Part shown: positions 20,118 to 30,837 of the stretch, piece after piece | How positions within the stretch are numbered: position 1 is the stretch's first letter | Layout: each line of letters opens with the position of its first letter | Made by a program: the position numbers and the translations under genes | Notes under the pieces: model-generated | What the model was told of the DNA's origin: nothing | The model's database searches: none | Seen by the model: only the letters and a program-made list of their open reading frames with translations | Assembly (NCBI GenBank): GCA_963746535.1 | Contig: CAVVBP010000012.1 | Location: 636,061-700,060, forward strand | Source: Vicinamibacterales bacterium | GTDB lineage: Bacteria; Acidobacteriota; Vicinamibacteria; Vicinamibacterales; JAMQPK01 | Direction of reading: 5' to 3' | Length of the DNA: 64,000 bases

Positions 20118-21230
20118 TCAATACTCCCCGAACCGCTGCGGCTTCGTCGCGCCCAGCAGCGGATCCTCACGGTTGTCGAGCACGAGATCGGCCACCATGC
20201 GCGCCGTCAGCGGGGCCAGCAGCACGCCGTTTCGAAAATGGCCCGTCGCGTACACCAGCCCCGGCATCCTCGCCGAACGCCCGATGATCGGCATCTCGTC
20301 CGCCGTCGCCGGTCTCAGACCGACGCGCGCACCGACGAACGCCGCCTGCCAGAGGTGCGGCACGAGATCGCACGCACCGTCGAGCAGGCCTCGTACGCCT
20401 GCCACGGTCGTCCGTTCGTCGAATCCGGCGTCTTCCACCGTCGCACCCACGAGAATCGAGCCGGCGGAAACCGGCACCAGGTAGCATCGGGGTCCCCACA
20501 CGATTCGGCGCAGCGGCGGCCCGTCCCATGAGAGCTGCAGCAATTGCCCTCGCACGGGGCGGACCGGCAGCGGCGGTACGCCGTCGATGTCGATCTGTCC
20601 CGACCAGCTTCCTGCGGCGACGACAACATCCCGGGCGGTCATCGGCGTGTCGTTCTCGAAATGGATCTCCACGACATCGTCGTGGTTCTCGATCCGCTTG
20701 ACGTGGGCGGGCACACGAATGCGCGCGCCGTGCTTGATCGAAGCCGCGGCCAGCGCGCCGGACAGCTCCGATGCGGCGACAAACCCGTGCGTTTTCACGA
20801 GCAGCGCGCCGGCGACGTCTGGCGTCAGCTGCGGTTCGGCCTCCTTCGCGGCCTGTGCATCCAGCAGCTCGCAGTCGAGTCCCGCGCGGTGCATGTCATC
20901 GGCAATCTGCTTAAAGTGACCAAACGGCTCGTCGGCGGTGATGACTTGAAGTGAGCCAGTGCGGCGATAGGCGACGCCGATTCCAGCGTCGCGCGACACG
21001 CGTTCGACGAACGCGTCGTACATCTCCAGGCTGCGCGCGGCGAGCGGCAGGAGCGGCCGGCCAAAGCCCTCGAGATACGGCACAAGCATGCCCGCCGACG
21101 CCTGAGTCGAGCCAAGGCCGGTCCCCCGGCCATCGACCAGCGTCACCGACGCCCCCCGTGCCACGAGCTCGTAGGTGATGGCTTCCCCGATCACCCCGGC
21201 CCCGACGACGGCGACGTCACAATCCGGCAT
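20118..21230 (-). CDS. thiO: Glycine oxidase (FAD-dependent)
   Basis: GAGVIG, ASAGML, PVRGQ, GLRP and ATGHFRNGVLLAP. Confidence 0.88.
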   Translation of the reverse strand: MPDCDVAVVGAGVIGEAITYELVARGASVTLVDGRGTGLGSTQASAGMLVPYLEGFGRPLLPLAARSLEMYDAFVERVSRDAGIGVAYRRTGSLQVITADEPFGHFKQIADDMHRAGLDCELLDAQAAKEAEPQLTPDVAGALLVKTHGFVAASELSGALAAASIKHGARIRVPAHVKRIENHDDVVEIHFENDTPMTARDVVVAAGSWSGQIDIDGVPPLPVRPVRGQLLQLSWDGPPLRRIVWGPRCYLVPVSAGSILVGATVEDAGFDERTTVAGVRGLLDGACDLVPHLWQAAFVGARVGLRPATADEMPIIGRSARMPGLVYATGHFRNGVLLAPLTARMVADLVLDNREDPLLGATKPQRFGEY

Positions 21231-21283
21231 TTCTTGCTTATCATCTCACGCAGGCCCTTGCTCCCTTGGAAGGACAATCGAGG

Positions 21284-21373
21284 TGTCCGAAGGGGACATG
21301 GGTGGCCGCAACTGGCCAGAAAGACGCGGTTTTTCGCCACTTTTGCCGTATCGAGGTGGGTACGGGCCTTGCT
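21284..21373 (+). promoter_or_regulatory. Candidate sigma54 promoter with upstream palindrome
   Basis: GGGTACGGGCCTTGCT at 21358-21373 resembles TGGCACG-N4-TTGCW. Palindrome TGTCC-N5-GGACA at 21284-21298. Confidence 0.55.
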
Positions 21374-21401
21374 GTCAAGAGTGACCGAGGAGTCAAGTCC
21401 C

Positions 21402-22413
21402 ATGGAAATCAAACCGGCCGCATTAGGAGCCATCGCCGTCATCGGCCTCGCAGCAGCGGGCGGAGGCGCCTACCTGGCCGTCCTGCACAACGGGTCCGAT
21501 TCGGCACAACCGGTGCCGATGTACGCGGCTTCAACGGGCAATGCGGTCACGGAGACAGAGAACAGCATTACGAGCGCCCCGGCGGCAACCGTCGAGCCGG
21601 CGCCTCAGGCATTGGTTGCCGAGCCGAAGCCGCAACCCGCAGTGACCGAGCCTGCGCCGGCCCCTGCGCGCACCGTTCGCCGGACCACGGCGCCATCGCG
21701 AGCGCCGTCGCCCGCGCCGTCACAGCGCGCGCGCACGTCGCCGAGCTACGGCGGCAACAGCCCCTCGGCGCCCGTTTACACGCCGCCCAGCGCGCCAGTC
21801 GGATCCTCCGGTCTCACCTGCCATCGAGCCGGTCGAGAACACGACGGTTGAACGCTCACCGGTCGTGACGGAGCCGCCACGCAAGGTCTACGACGAGCTG
21901 GTGATTCCAGCGGACTCTGTCATCGGGTTGCAAGTCGAGACGGCGGTCACCACCGAGCGCGCGAAGCTCGAGGATAAAGTCGGCGCGCGCGTGACGCGCG
22001 ACGTCAAGGTTCGCGATCAGGTTGCGATTCCTGCCGGCGCGAAAGCCGAAGGGTCTGTCACGCTGGTCGAACGCGGCGGGCGCTTGAAGGATCAGGCGCG
22101 CCTCGGCATCCGCTTCCATACGATCGTGCTGGCCGACGGCACCCGGCTGCCGATCAACACTGAAACGATTTACCGCGAGGGCGAGTCGCCGGCGCGCGAA
22201 AGCGCGGCCAAGATTGGCGGCGCCGCGGTGGGCGGTGCGGTGCTCGGTGCGATTTTCGGCGGCAAGAAAGGCGCGGTCATCGGCAGCACGGTCGGCGCGG
22301 CTGGCGGCGGCGTCGCCGTGGCGGCCAGTGAGCCGAATGCCGCAACACTACCGGCGGGTTCCACGGTCACCGTTCGCATGGGCTCGCCCGCGACGGTGAC
22401 GGTCGAGCGATAA
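21402..22413 (+). CDS. Membrane-anchored Pro-rich protein with C-terminal TrbI/VirB10-like beta domain and glycine zipper; frameshift about 21820
   Basis: GAGGAG RBS, N-terminal hydrophobic helix, Pro/Ala linker, IPAGAKAEG, GGAAVGGAVLGAIFGGKKGAVIG and LPAGS. Confidence 0.7.
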
Positions 22414-22426
22414 CCCGACCTCAGTC

Positions 22427-22490
22427 ATGGCAGATGGCAAATGGCAGATGGCAGAGCGATTTGCCATTTGCGATTTGCCATCTGCCATCT
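22427..22490. repeat. Inverted heptamer array (ATGGCAR)n/(TTGCCAT)n, likely hairpin between convergent genes
   Basis: atggcagatggcaaatggcagatggcag ... ttgccatttgcgatttgccatctgccat. Confidence 0.85.
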
Positions 22491-22937
22491 AGGGCCGTAG
22501 CCTCCACCGTTCCACCCATCGCCCCTCAACCGGCTCCAGCGCAACAACACCGTTGAGCGGAAAATCCGCGGGCATCGCATCGGCCATGCCGGTTTGCAAT
22601 CTCCCCAGCAGCCGCGGCAGGTACGGAAAGTGTCCGGTGAGCATGATGTGCCGGTCGTCGCCTGCGATCGCATCGACGATCCAACCCGTGGGATCGGTTG
22701 GCTGCAGCCCGCGCGCTGCAGCAAATGCTGCGAGGGGATTGCAGCGCTTCCAGTAGGCCTCGGCGGTCTGCCGGCGCGCGCAGCTTGCCGCTGTGCCAGA
22801 TGACGTCGGGCTTCGCTCCCGCGCTCGGCCGCCTTCTGCGCGAGCATGTCGACCTCGACGCGGCCACGATCGGACAGCGGCCGCATCGGATTGACGTCGG
22901 GCCCGACCGCGTCGCCGTGATGAACGAGATACAGCAC
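22489..22937 (-). CDS. sixA: SixA-like histidine phosphatase; several frameshifts
   Basis: VLYLVHHGDA, RPLSDRG, IWHSGKLRA and MLTGHFPYL across frames. Confidence 0.75.
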
Positions 22938-22941
22938 ACGG

Positions 22942-24030
22942 CTACTCGAGCTTGAGCGGCCCGAATCTCGGCAAACTGCTGCTGCGTTTCCTCGATGCGG
23001 CCGATCCTGACGCCCTCCAGGGTCGCGTCGAAGCGCTCGACATCGCGCATGGCCCGCTCGAACTGGCTCTTCGCGTTGTCGAGATGCTTGCCCGACCATG
23101 CTGAAGTGATCCTGGAACTTGTCGAACCGGGTGCGTCAGCTGCGCGAGCATCTCCTGCACGCGCTTGCGCCTCTTCCTGAATCTTCATGCCGCGGAAGCC
23201 GACGGCCAGCGCCTGAATGTAGGCGTACATCGTGTTCGGCGAAACCGGCACCACATGGCGACTCGCGGCCGTAGGTCAGCAGCTCGGGCCGGCCGATGAC
23301 TTCGTAATAGACGTTCTCGGCCGGCACGAACATGAAGGCCACGTCGAGCGTCTCCGGCGGCAGCACGTAGCGATCGGCAATTTCCTTCGATGCGTCCGCG
23401 GACGTCCGAGTAGAACTGCTTCATCGCCGCGTCGCGGGCGGCCGGTTCTGTCGGCCCGCGAGCGCGCGCCGAAAGTTGTCGAGCGGAAACTTGCAGTCGA
23501 TGCACAGCGCGCCGTACGGCGTGCGGACGAGCGCGTCCACGCGGCCGCTTCCGATCGACGCCTGGATCTCGTACTGCTCGGCCGGCAGCAGGTCGCGCGA
23601 GCATCTGCTCGAGCGTGAACTCGCCGAAGTCGCCGCGCAGCTTCGGCGACTGCAGCATCCGCTGGAACTCGTCGAGGCTGCGGCTCTGTTCGAGGATGCG
23701 GCTGTTGGTGGCTTTCAGGTCGCCGAGCGTCTGCGTCACCTGCAGGGATTGCTGCTGGATGGCCGCGCGCGTTTCTTCTCTCACGGCCCGCGTCTCGTCC
23801 CGGACGCTGCCGATCGTGCCGTTGAGCGATTGTGTCGCCTGCTGCAGCGCCTGCGCGAACGTGCGGTTCATCTCGGCGGTCATCACGTCGAGCCGCTGTT
23901 CGAGCGCGCGAACGGCCACGGCTCCCTCATCCTGCCGCTGTCGGACCTTGAGCGCGCGAATAGCGAGCGCGCCTCCGACGAGGCCGATGATCAGGGCGGC
24001 GATGACGAGGAACAATTCGGAGAGGGGCAT
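22942..24030 (-). CDS. rmuC: DNA recombination protein RmuC; several frameshifts
   Basis: N-terminal TM, coiled coil, SPKLRGDFGE, IDCKFPL, AFMFVPAENVYYE and PVSPNTMYAY. Confidence 0.85.
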
Positions 24031-24055
24031 CCAGGAAAAAGTTTAGTACAAGTGG

Positions 24056-24240
24056 GGTTCGTGGGTTCGTATAGTTCGTATAGTTCGTGGGTTCGTTTGG
24101 TTCGTGCGGTTCGTGAGGTTCGTGGGTTCGTGCGGTGCGTAAGGTTCAAGGAGTTCGCAGTTCGCGAACCCGAACCTTACGAACCGTACGAACCTTACGA
24201 ACCGACGAACCCTACGAACTTTACGAACTTCTACGAACCC
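24056..24240. repeat. Inverted nonamer array (GGTTCGTNN)n/(NNACGAACC)n
   Basis: About 12 forward units followed by about 9 reverse-complement units, forming a long imperfect palindrome. Confidence 0.88.
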
Positions 24241-25215
24241 TCGGGTATCAGAACGATTTTCCCGTACGCGCCGGGCTTCATGACCTCCTCGTGCGCGCGT
24301 GGCGCGTCGGCCAGCGGCAGTCTCCCTGCCGACCTGCGGCTTGCATCCGGATCGCTCCATGCCCGCCACGATCGCGGCGTGCGCGGTGGCCAGCTCGGCC
24401 GGCGACGCGTTCCAGTTCGTGATGCCTTTGATGACGGCATCCTTCGCCATGATCAGCCGGGGATTCAACTCCAGTGCGCCGCGGTTGCCGACGACGATGA
24501 TGCGGCCGTGCTTGGCGATGAGCTCGAGATCGCGCACCAGATTGACGTTGGCGAGCATTTCGATGACGAGATCGACCCCTCGCCCGCCGGTCTTGGCCAC
24601 GATGGCCTTCTCGTATCCGGCGGCGGTGTGATCGAAGATCTCGCCGACGCCCTGCTCGCGCGCGAGCTGGCGGCCGCGATCGGTACCCGCCGTGCCGAAC
24701 ACGACCAGGCCCGCAGCCCTCGCGATCTGCGCCGCCGCGACGCCGACCGCGCCGCTCGCGCCATGGATGAGGACCGTTTCGCCCGGACGCGCATCCCCCT
24801 TGTGGAAGAGCGCCCGCCATGCGGTGACGTACGGCACGCCCACGCCGGCGCCCTCGGCGAACGAGACATGGCCGGCCAGATGGTGCACCTGATCGACGTT
24901 CGAAAGCACTTTCTCCGCATACGATCCGTACGCGCGCCCATCCACGCTGCCGCTCAGGTACACACGGTCGCCAACCTTGACGCTGGTGACGTCGGCGCCA
25001 ACGGCTTCAACCGTGCCCGCGGCATCGACGCCTGGCGTATAAGGCAACGTCGGGAGGGACGCGTACACGCCGCTGCGAATATAGGTGTCGACCGGGTTGA
25101 TACCGACGGCTTTCACGCCGACGAGCACCTGCCCCGGTCCGGCCGGGCGATCGGGAACGCTCTCGAGCTTCATCACTGATGGATCGCCGAATTGATGCAC
25201 GCGAATCGCTTTCAT
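24231..25215 (-). CDS. qor: NADPH:quinone reductase (zeta-crystallin/MDR family); frameshift about 24325
   Basis: MKAIRVHQFG, INPVDTYIRSG, LIHGASGAVG and GAYGKIVL. Confidence 0.88.
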
Positions 25216-25225
25216 GCGCGACAGT

Positions 25226-25254
25226 TTGACACCATTTGCGACGTGCAGTAGGCT
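25226..25254 (+). promoter_or_regulatory. Sigma70 promoter of the his operon
   Basis: TTGACA (25226-25231), 17-nt spacer, TAGGCT (25249-25254). Confidence 0.8.
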
Positions 25255-25263
25255 AAAAGCCTC

Positions 25264-25341
25264 ATGACGTCCGTGTGCCACCGGCCGCACCACCATCATC
25301 ACCATCACCACACGGTGACGGGCCGGCGGAGCTGCGGATAG
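25264..25341 (+). CDS. hisL: His operon leader peptide
   Basis: MTSVCHRPHHHHHHHHTVTGRRSCG*, with 8 consecutive His codons directly upstream of the his genes. Confidence 0.9.
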   Translation: MTSVCHRPHHHHHHHHTVTGRRSCG

Positions 25342-25372
25342 TTCGAGACGATCACATACCGAGCATCCACTG

Positions 25373-25401
25373 CCCCGCCATAACCGGCGGGGTTTTTTGT
25401 T
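25373..25401 (+). terminator. His attenuator terminator
   Basis: CCCCGCC-ataacc-GGCGGGG-TTTTTTGTTT; competing antiterminator pairs 25325-25339 with 25365-25379. Confidence 0.9.
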
Positions 25402-25402
25402 T

Positions 25403-25721
25403 ATGACAATAGAATTTCACGAAACAAAACGGGCTCGTGCCCGCGGTCGTTCAGGACGCTGAAAGCGGCGAAGTGCTGATGGTCGGTTTCATGAACGACA
25501 CCGCGCTCGCCACAACGAAGGAAACCGGGTTTGCGACCTTCTACAGCCGGTCGCGGCAGAAGCTCTGGACCAAGGGCGAGACGTCGGGCAACAAGCTCGC
25601 CGTCCAGCAGATCCTGGTCGACTGCGATGACGACACGATCCTGATGAAGGTGAAGCGCCTCGGCGACGGCAACGTCTGCCACACCGGGGCTCGCTCGTGC
25701 TTCAGAGAGCTCGCCAACTAA
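25403..25721 (+). CDS. hisI: Phosphoribosyl-AMP cyclohydrolase (monofunctional); 1-nt insertion about 25413
   Basis: [15 protein letters not shown] and CHTGARSCF. Confidence 0.92.
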
Positions 25722-25723
25722 CC

Positions 25724-26616
25724 ATGCCAATGCTCAAGCTCGGCCTACCGAAGGGATCGCTCCAGGATTCCACCGTGCAGCTCTTCGCGCGCGCGGGGTT
25801 CACCATCTACGTCAGCTCGCGGTCGTACTTTCCCTCGATCGACGACCCCGAGATCGAGTGCATGCTCATTCGCGCGCAGGAAATGGCCCGATACGTGGCC
25901 GACGGCGTGCTCGACTGCGGTCTCACCGGCCAGGACTGGATCGCGGAACACCAGAGCGGCCTGGCCACGCCGGCGTCTCTCGTCCCGGTGGCCGATCTCA
26001 TCTACTCGAAGCAGAGCTTCGGCAAAGTCCGCTGGGTGCTCGCCGCGCCAGAGGATTCCCGATTCAAGACGCCGCAGGATCTCGAAGGCGCCACGATTGC
26101 CACCGAACTGGTGCGCGCAACCAGGGCGTACTTCGATCGCCTCGGCGTGAACGTCAACGTCGAGTTCTCCTGGGGCGCCACCGAAGTGAAGCCGCCGGTC
26201 CTCGCCGACGCGATCGTCGAGGCGACCGAGACCGGATCGACCCTGCGCGCGAACCGGCTGCGCATCCTCGACACCGTGATGGAAAGCAACACGCAGCTGA
26301 TCGCCAACGGCGCGGCGCATGGGCGACACGTGGAAGCGAACCAAGATCGAGAACATCTCGCTGTTGCTGAAGGCCGCCATCGAGGCGCAGGGACGCGTCG
26401 GCATCATGCTGAACGTCCGGCGCGACGATCTGCAGGCCGTCCTCGCGCTGCTGCCGGCGCTGCAGCGGCCGACGATCTCGCCGCTCAGCGAAGACGGATG
26501 GGTGGCCGTGAACACGATCATCGAAGAACGAACCGTGCGCGATCTGATTCCGCGGCTCAAGTCGGCGCGCGCGCAGGGCATCGTCGAGTATCCGCTGAAC
26601 AAGATCGTGCGTGTGA
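25724..26616 (+). CDS. hisG: ATP phosphoribosyltransferase, long form; frameshifts about 26318 and near the 3' end
   Basis: [38 protein letters not shown], then C-terminal regulatory domain PTISPL. Confidence 0.92.
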
Positions 26617-27882
26617 TGCGAATCCTGACTTCCGCGCAACGCGAAGGCCGTCGAGCGGCTGCTGCGGCCGCCGAGCCAGGACGATCGCCGTATCGCCACC
26701 AGGGTGGCCACCATCGTGTCGGCCGTCCGCAGGCGAGGCGATGCCGCGCTCCTCGACTATGCGCGGCGCTTCGACCGGCTCGAGGGCCCACTCGAAGTCT
26801 CGCCCGATGAGATCGAAGAACTGGCCGCCCGCGTTCCGCCGCGAGTCCGCGCGGCCATCTCGGCCGCCGCGCGGAACATCGAAAAAGTCGCCCGCCGGCA
26901 GCGGCCGCGCGGCTGGACCGTGAAGACCAGGCGGGCGTCAGCGTCGAACAGCGGGTCACGCCGCTCGATCGCGTCGGCTGCTACGTGCCGGGCGGGCGCT
27001 ATCCCCTGCCCTCCTCGCTGCTCATGACGGCCATTCCGGCGCGCGCGGCCGGCGTCGGCGAGATCATCGTCGCGTGTCCCGCGTCCCGAACCCGTCGTCA
27101 TGGCCGCTGCGCGAACGGCGGGCGTGACGAAGCTGTTCCGAATGGGCGGGGCGCAGGCTGTTGCCGCAATGGCGTACGGCACGCGCACCGTGCCGCGTGT
27201 GGATAAGATCGTCGGGCCCGGCAATCGGTACGTGGCGGCCGCCAAGGCACTCGTCGCCAGCGACTGCGCCATCGATTTCTACGCCGGGCCGACCGAGATC
27301 GTCATCGTGTCCGACACCGGGAACCCGGAATGGATCGCCGCCGATCTGATCGCACAGGCCGAGCACGATCCGCAGGCGCGGGCGATTCTGATTACCAGCA
27401 GCCGGCGTCTGGCATCGAGGGTTGCACGTTCGGTCTCGTTGCAGATGCCGGCGAAGGGGCCGGCGCGCGAGTCGCTCGCGCGGCATGGCGGCATCATCGT
27501 CGCGGTCAACCGGGAGGAAGCCGCGGAGCTCGCCAATCGCGCCGCCGCCGAGCACCTCGTCTGCGACGACGACCGCTTCGCCGCCCAGGTGCGCTCCGCC
27601 GGTGCGATCTTCGTCGGCTCGTACACGGCCCAGGTCGCGGGCGATTACGCCATCGGCTCGAATCACGTGTTGCCGACCAACGGCGCCGCCCGGTTCCGTG
27701 GAGGCCTGCATGCCGCCGATTTCGTGCGCGTGTCGACCGTTCAGCGGATGACGCGCAAAGGACTCGACAATCTCGCCTCGACGGTCATCACGCTTGCGCG
27801 CGAAGAGGGGCTCGAGGCACACGCGCGATCGATCGAGGTCCGGCTTGGTCTTCCGCGGCGTGTCACGGAGGCGTCGCGATGA
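26616..27882 (+). CDS. hisD: Histidinol dehydrogenase; several frameshifts
   Basis: [40 protein letters not shown] and [13 protein letters not shown]. Confidence 0.92.
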
Positions 27883-28925
27883 CCTACGTGCGTCCTGGCG
27901 ATCGGCAGGGTGCCCTGCGGCTGCACATGAACGAGAACACGGGAGGCTGTTCTCAAGCCGTCATCGAGGCCATCAGGGAGATCTCCGCCGAGGACGTCGC
28001 GTACTACCCGAACTACAGCGCGCTCGTTCGCGAATGCGCCGAATACCTGGGCGTCACGGAGCCTCAGCTTGCGTTGACCAACGGACTGGACGAAGGTCTC
28101 TGGGCCCTGACGGTGAGCGCGTTCCGGATGAACGGCAACCCTGTGGGATCGCTCGAAGCAATCGTCCCGGTGCCGGCCTTCGAAATGTACTCGGTGTTCA
28201 TCAAGGCGGCCGGTGGCCGCATGGTCGCCGTCGATCCGAAGCCCGGCTTCGAGTTCCCGACACGCGAGATCTGCGACGCCATCACGGATCGGACGCGAAT
28301 CATCTTTCTGACCAATCCCAACAACCCCACCGGCCAGCTCATTCCGCGCGACGCGACGCGCGAAATCGTGCGATGCGCGCCGCCCGACGTCACCATCGTG
28401 ATTGACGAGGCGTACTTCGACTTCTGCGGCGAGACGTTTCTGCCCGAGCTCGGCGGGCACACGAACGTCGTCGTCGGGCGGACGTTTGCCAAGGCCCACG
28501 GTCTGGCCGGACTGCGCGCGGGCTGCCTGATCGGCGATCCCGCGCGGCTCGAGCCGGTGCGCGAGGCGATACCGCCGTTCAGCCTCAGCGTGTTCGCGGC
28601 CGCCGGCTGGCGGGCGGCCCTTCGCGACCGCGATTACCTCGACTGGTACCGCGCGCAGGTCGTGGAATCGCGCGAGGTTCTGTATGCGGCGTGCGATCGA
28701 CTTGGCCTGTCCTACTGGAAGAGCGCGGGAAACTTCGTGCTGATCGACGTCAGCCGATCGGGCAACGCCACCGACATCGTCCGGGCGCTCCGCGAACGTG
28801 GCATCCTCGTACGCGACCGCTCGCGCGAGCCGGGCTGCGGCGGCTGCATCCGGGTCACCGCGGGCCTCGTCCGCCACACCGAAGTCGTTGTCGAAGCGCT
28901 GGAGGGATTGTGCGCCGTGCCGTAA
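27879..28925 (+). CDS. hisC: Histidinol-phosphate aminotransferase
   Basis: NEN, NPNNPTG, IDEAY and [13 protein letters not shown]. Confidence 0.92.
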   Translation: MTYVRPGDRQGALRLHMNENTGGCSQAVIEAIREISAEDVAYYPNYSALVRECAEYLGVTEPQLALTNGLDEGLWALTVSAFRMNGNPVGSLEAIVPVPAFEMYSVFIKAAGGRMVAVDPKPGFEFPTREICDAITDRTRIIFLTNPNNPTGQLIPRDATREIVRCAPPDVTIVIDEAYFDFCGETFLPELGGHTNVVVGRTFAKAHGLAGLRAGCLIGDPARLEPVREAIPPFSLSVFAAAGWRAALRDRDYLDWYRAQVVESREVLYAACDRLGLSYWKSAGNFVLIDVSRSGNATDIVRALRERGILVRDRSREPGCGGCIRVTAGLVRHTEVVVEALEGLCAVP

Positions 28926-29497
28926 TCGACAGGCGAACGCGCGAGACGCAGATTCGCGTCCGCCTCGGCATCGAGGGCAAGGGCCGGTACGACGTCAGCA
29001 CGGGCATTCGCTTTCTCGACCACATGCTCGAGCTGATGACGCGCCATGGCGGGTTCGACCTCGAGGTGCGCGCAACCGGCGACCTCGACGTCGATCAGCA
29101 CCACACGGTCGAGGATCTCGGCATCGCGCTCGGCGAGGCCGTGTCCAAAGCGCTCGGGACCCGGCGCGGTATCAACCGTGCGGGCTACTTCGTGATGCCG
29201 ATGGACGAAACGCTCGGGGTCGCGGCCATCGATCTTGGAGGCCGTCCGCATGCCGTGGTCGATCTCGCCCTGAAGGTCGACCGGGTCGGCGATCTGCAAA
29301 GCGAGCTCGTGCACGATTTCTTCGAGGGATTTGCGCTGGGGGTTCGCGGCAACGTGCACCTCAAGGTGCTCTACGGCCGCTCCAGCCATCATCACGTGGA
29401 AGCGGTGTTCAAAGCGTTCGGCCGGGCGCTGCGCGTGGCGTGCTCCCGCGACAGGCAGCTTCTACGCACGCTTCCCAGCACGAAAGGATTGTTGTGA
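28910..29497 (+). CDS. hisB: Imidazoleglycerol-phosphate dehydratase
   Basis: [22 protein letters not shown] and HHHVEAVFK. Confidence 0.94.
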   Translation: MRRAVIDRRTRETQIRVRLGIEGKGRYDVSTGIRFLDHMLELMTRHGGFDLEVRATGDLDVDQHHTVEDLGIALGEAVSKALGTRRGINRAGYFVMPMDETLGVAAIDLGGRPHAVVDLALKVDRVGDLQSELVHDFFEGFALGVRGNVHLKVLYGRSSHHHVEAVFKAFGRALRVACSRDRQLLRTLPSTKGLL

Positions 29498-30090
29498 TCG
29501 CCCTCGTCGATTACGGCGCCGGAAACCTGACTTCGGTCCGCAAGGCGCTCGCGGCCGTTGGCGCCGACGTGCAGACACCGCAGCGGCCCGCGGACCTGGA
29601 CACGGCAGAAGGGGTCATCGTGCCGGGCGTCGGCAACTTCGCGCGAACGGCGGCGCTCGACCGCGAGTGGCGCGACGCGATTCTGGGCGTCGTCGAGCGA
29701 GGCCGGCCGCTCCTGGGCATCTGCGTCGGACTGCAGTGGCTGTTCGAAGGCAGCACCGAGGCCCCGGGCTGCGAGGGATTGGCGTTGATGCCCGGCCAGT
29801 GCCAGCTCCTCAAGCCGGAATGGCCCAACAAGGTGCCCCACGTCGGCTGGAACGAGCTCGAGTTTCCGAGAGCCTCACGGCTGTTCGAGGGCATCCGCAA
29901 TCGCTCCCAGGTGTACTTCACTCACTCGTATGCGGCGCCCGTGACCGACGAAGCGATCGCGGTGACCACGCACGTCGTGCCTTTTGCGAGCGCGGTCGAA
30001 CGCGGGCAGGTCTTCGGCGTGCAGTTCCATCCAGAGAAGTCCGGCGAGATCGGGCTTCGTGTGCTGACGAATTTTCTCAATGCTCTCTAA
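29494..30090 (+). CDS. hisH: Imidazole glycerol phosphate synthase glutaminase subunit
   Basis: DYGAGNL, PGVG, GICVG and QFHPEKS. Confidence 0.94.
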   Translation: MIALVDYGAGNLTSVRKALAAVGADVQTPQRPADLDTAEGVIVPGVGNFARTAALDREWRDAILGVVERGRPLLGICVGLQWLFEGSTEAPGCEGLALMPGQCQLLKPEWPNKVPHVGWNELEFPRASRLFEGIRNRSQVYFTHSYAAPVTDEAIAVTTHVVPFASAVERGQVFGVQFHPEKSGEIGLRVLTNFLNAL

Positions 30091-30835
30091 ACGCATCATC
30101 GCCTGCCTCGACGTCAAGAACGGCCAGGTCGTCAAAGGCGTGAACTTCGAAGGCTTGCGAAACGCCGGCGACCCGGCCGAGCTGGCCGAGCGCTATAACA
30201 AGGAAGGCATCGACGAGGTCGTGATTCTCGACGTCACGGCCACGCTCGAGGGACGCCGCGCGCTGGCCGCCACCGTCTCGGCTGTGGCCAAACGCATTTT
30301 CATCCCGCTGACCGTCGGGGGCGGCATCCGCTCGGAAGATGACGCCGCGGCTGCCATTGATGCCGGAGCGGAAAAGGTGAGCCTGAACACCGCGGCGCTC
30401 ACCGATCCGGCGCTGATTACGACGCTCGCCTCGCGTTACGGCAGCCAGGCCGCCATCGTCGCGATCGACGCCAAGTGGGTGGACGGCCGGGCGCTCGTCT
30501 ACGTGCGGAGCGGCAGCGCCGAAACCCAGCGGGAAGCGGTCGAGTGGGCCAGGGAGGCCGCCGATCGCGGCGCGGGGGAGATTCTCCTGACGTCGATCGA
30601 TCGCGATGGCACCAAGAAAGGCTTCGACTGCGAGCTGACCGCGGCGGTCTCGAGAGCCGTGCCGATTCCCGTCATTGCATCAGGCGGCGCGGGCTCGCTC
30701 GAGCATTTTTCCGAGGTGTTCACCGACGGTTGCGCCGATGCGGCGCTGGCTGCCTCGATCTTCCATTTCTCCGAGCACGCCGTGCGCGACCTCAAGGAAA
30801 TGCTGCGCGACCAGGGCATTCCGGTGCGGCTGTAG
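30080..30835 (+). CDS. hisF: Imidazole glycerol phosphate synthase cyclase subunit
   Basis: [20 protein letters not shown] and GEILLTSIDRDG. Confidence 0.95.
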   Translation: MLSKRIIACLDVKNGQVVKGVNFEGLRNAGDPAELAERYNKEGIDEVVILDVTATLEGRRALAATVSAVAKRIFIPLTVGGGIRSEDDAAAAIDAGAEKVSLNTAALTDPALITTLASRYGSQAAIVAIDAKWVDGRALVYVRSGSAETQREAVEWAREAADRGAGEILLTSIDRDGTKKGFDCELTAAVSRAVPIPVIASGGAGSLEHFSEVFTDGCADAALAASIFHFSEHAVRDLKEMLRDQGIPVRL

Positions 30836-30837
30836 AC

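Noticed and set aside
21402-22413. Conjugative or type IV secretion locus
   Set aside because: Only a lone TrbI-like domain is present, with no VirB4, VirD4 or relaxase in the window.
24056-24240. Possible CRISPR array in the repeat blocks (also 8483-8630 and 50189-50341)
   Set aside because: Units are 6-9 nt, or are variable palindromes without regular unique spacers, and there are no cas genes.
24043-25311. 422-aa ORF with MVMVMMVV start and repetitive tail
   Set aside because: The N-terminus is the antisense of the His leader codons, and the tail is frameshifted readthrough into the nonamer array. The real gene is 24231-25215.
25403-27882. Pseudogenisation or programmed frameshifting of hisI, hisG and hisD
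   Set aside because: Catalytic motifs and the attenuator are intact, no clear slippery sites were seen, and similar indels occur throughout the window. Sequencing error is more likely.
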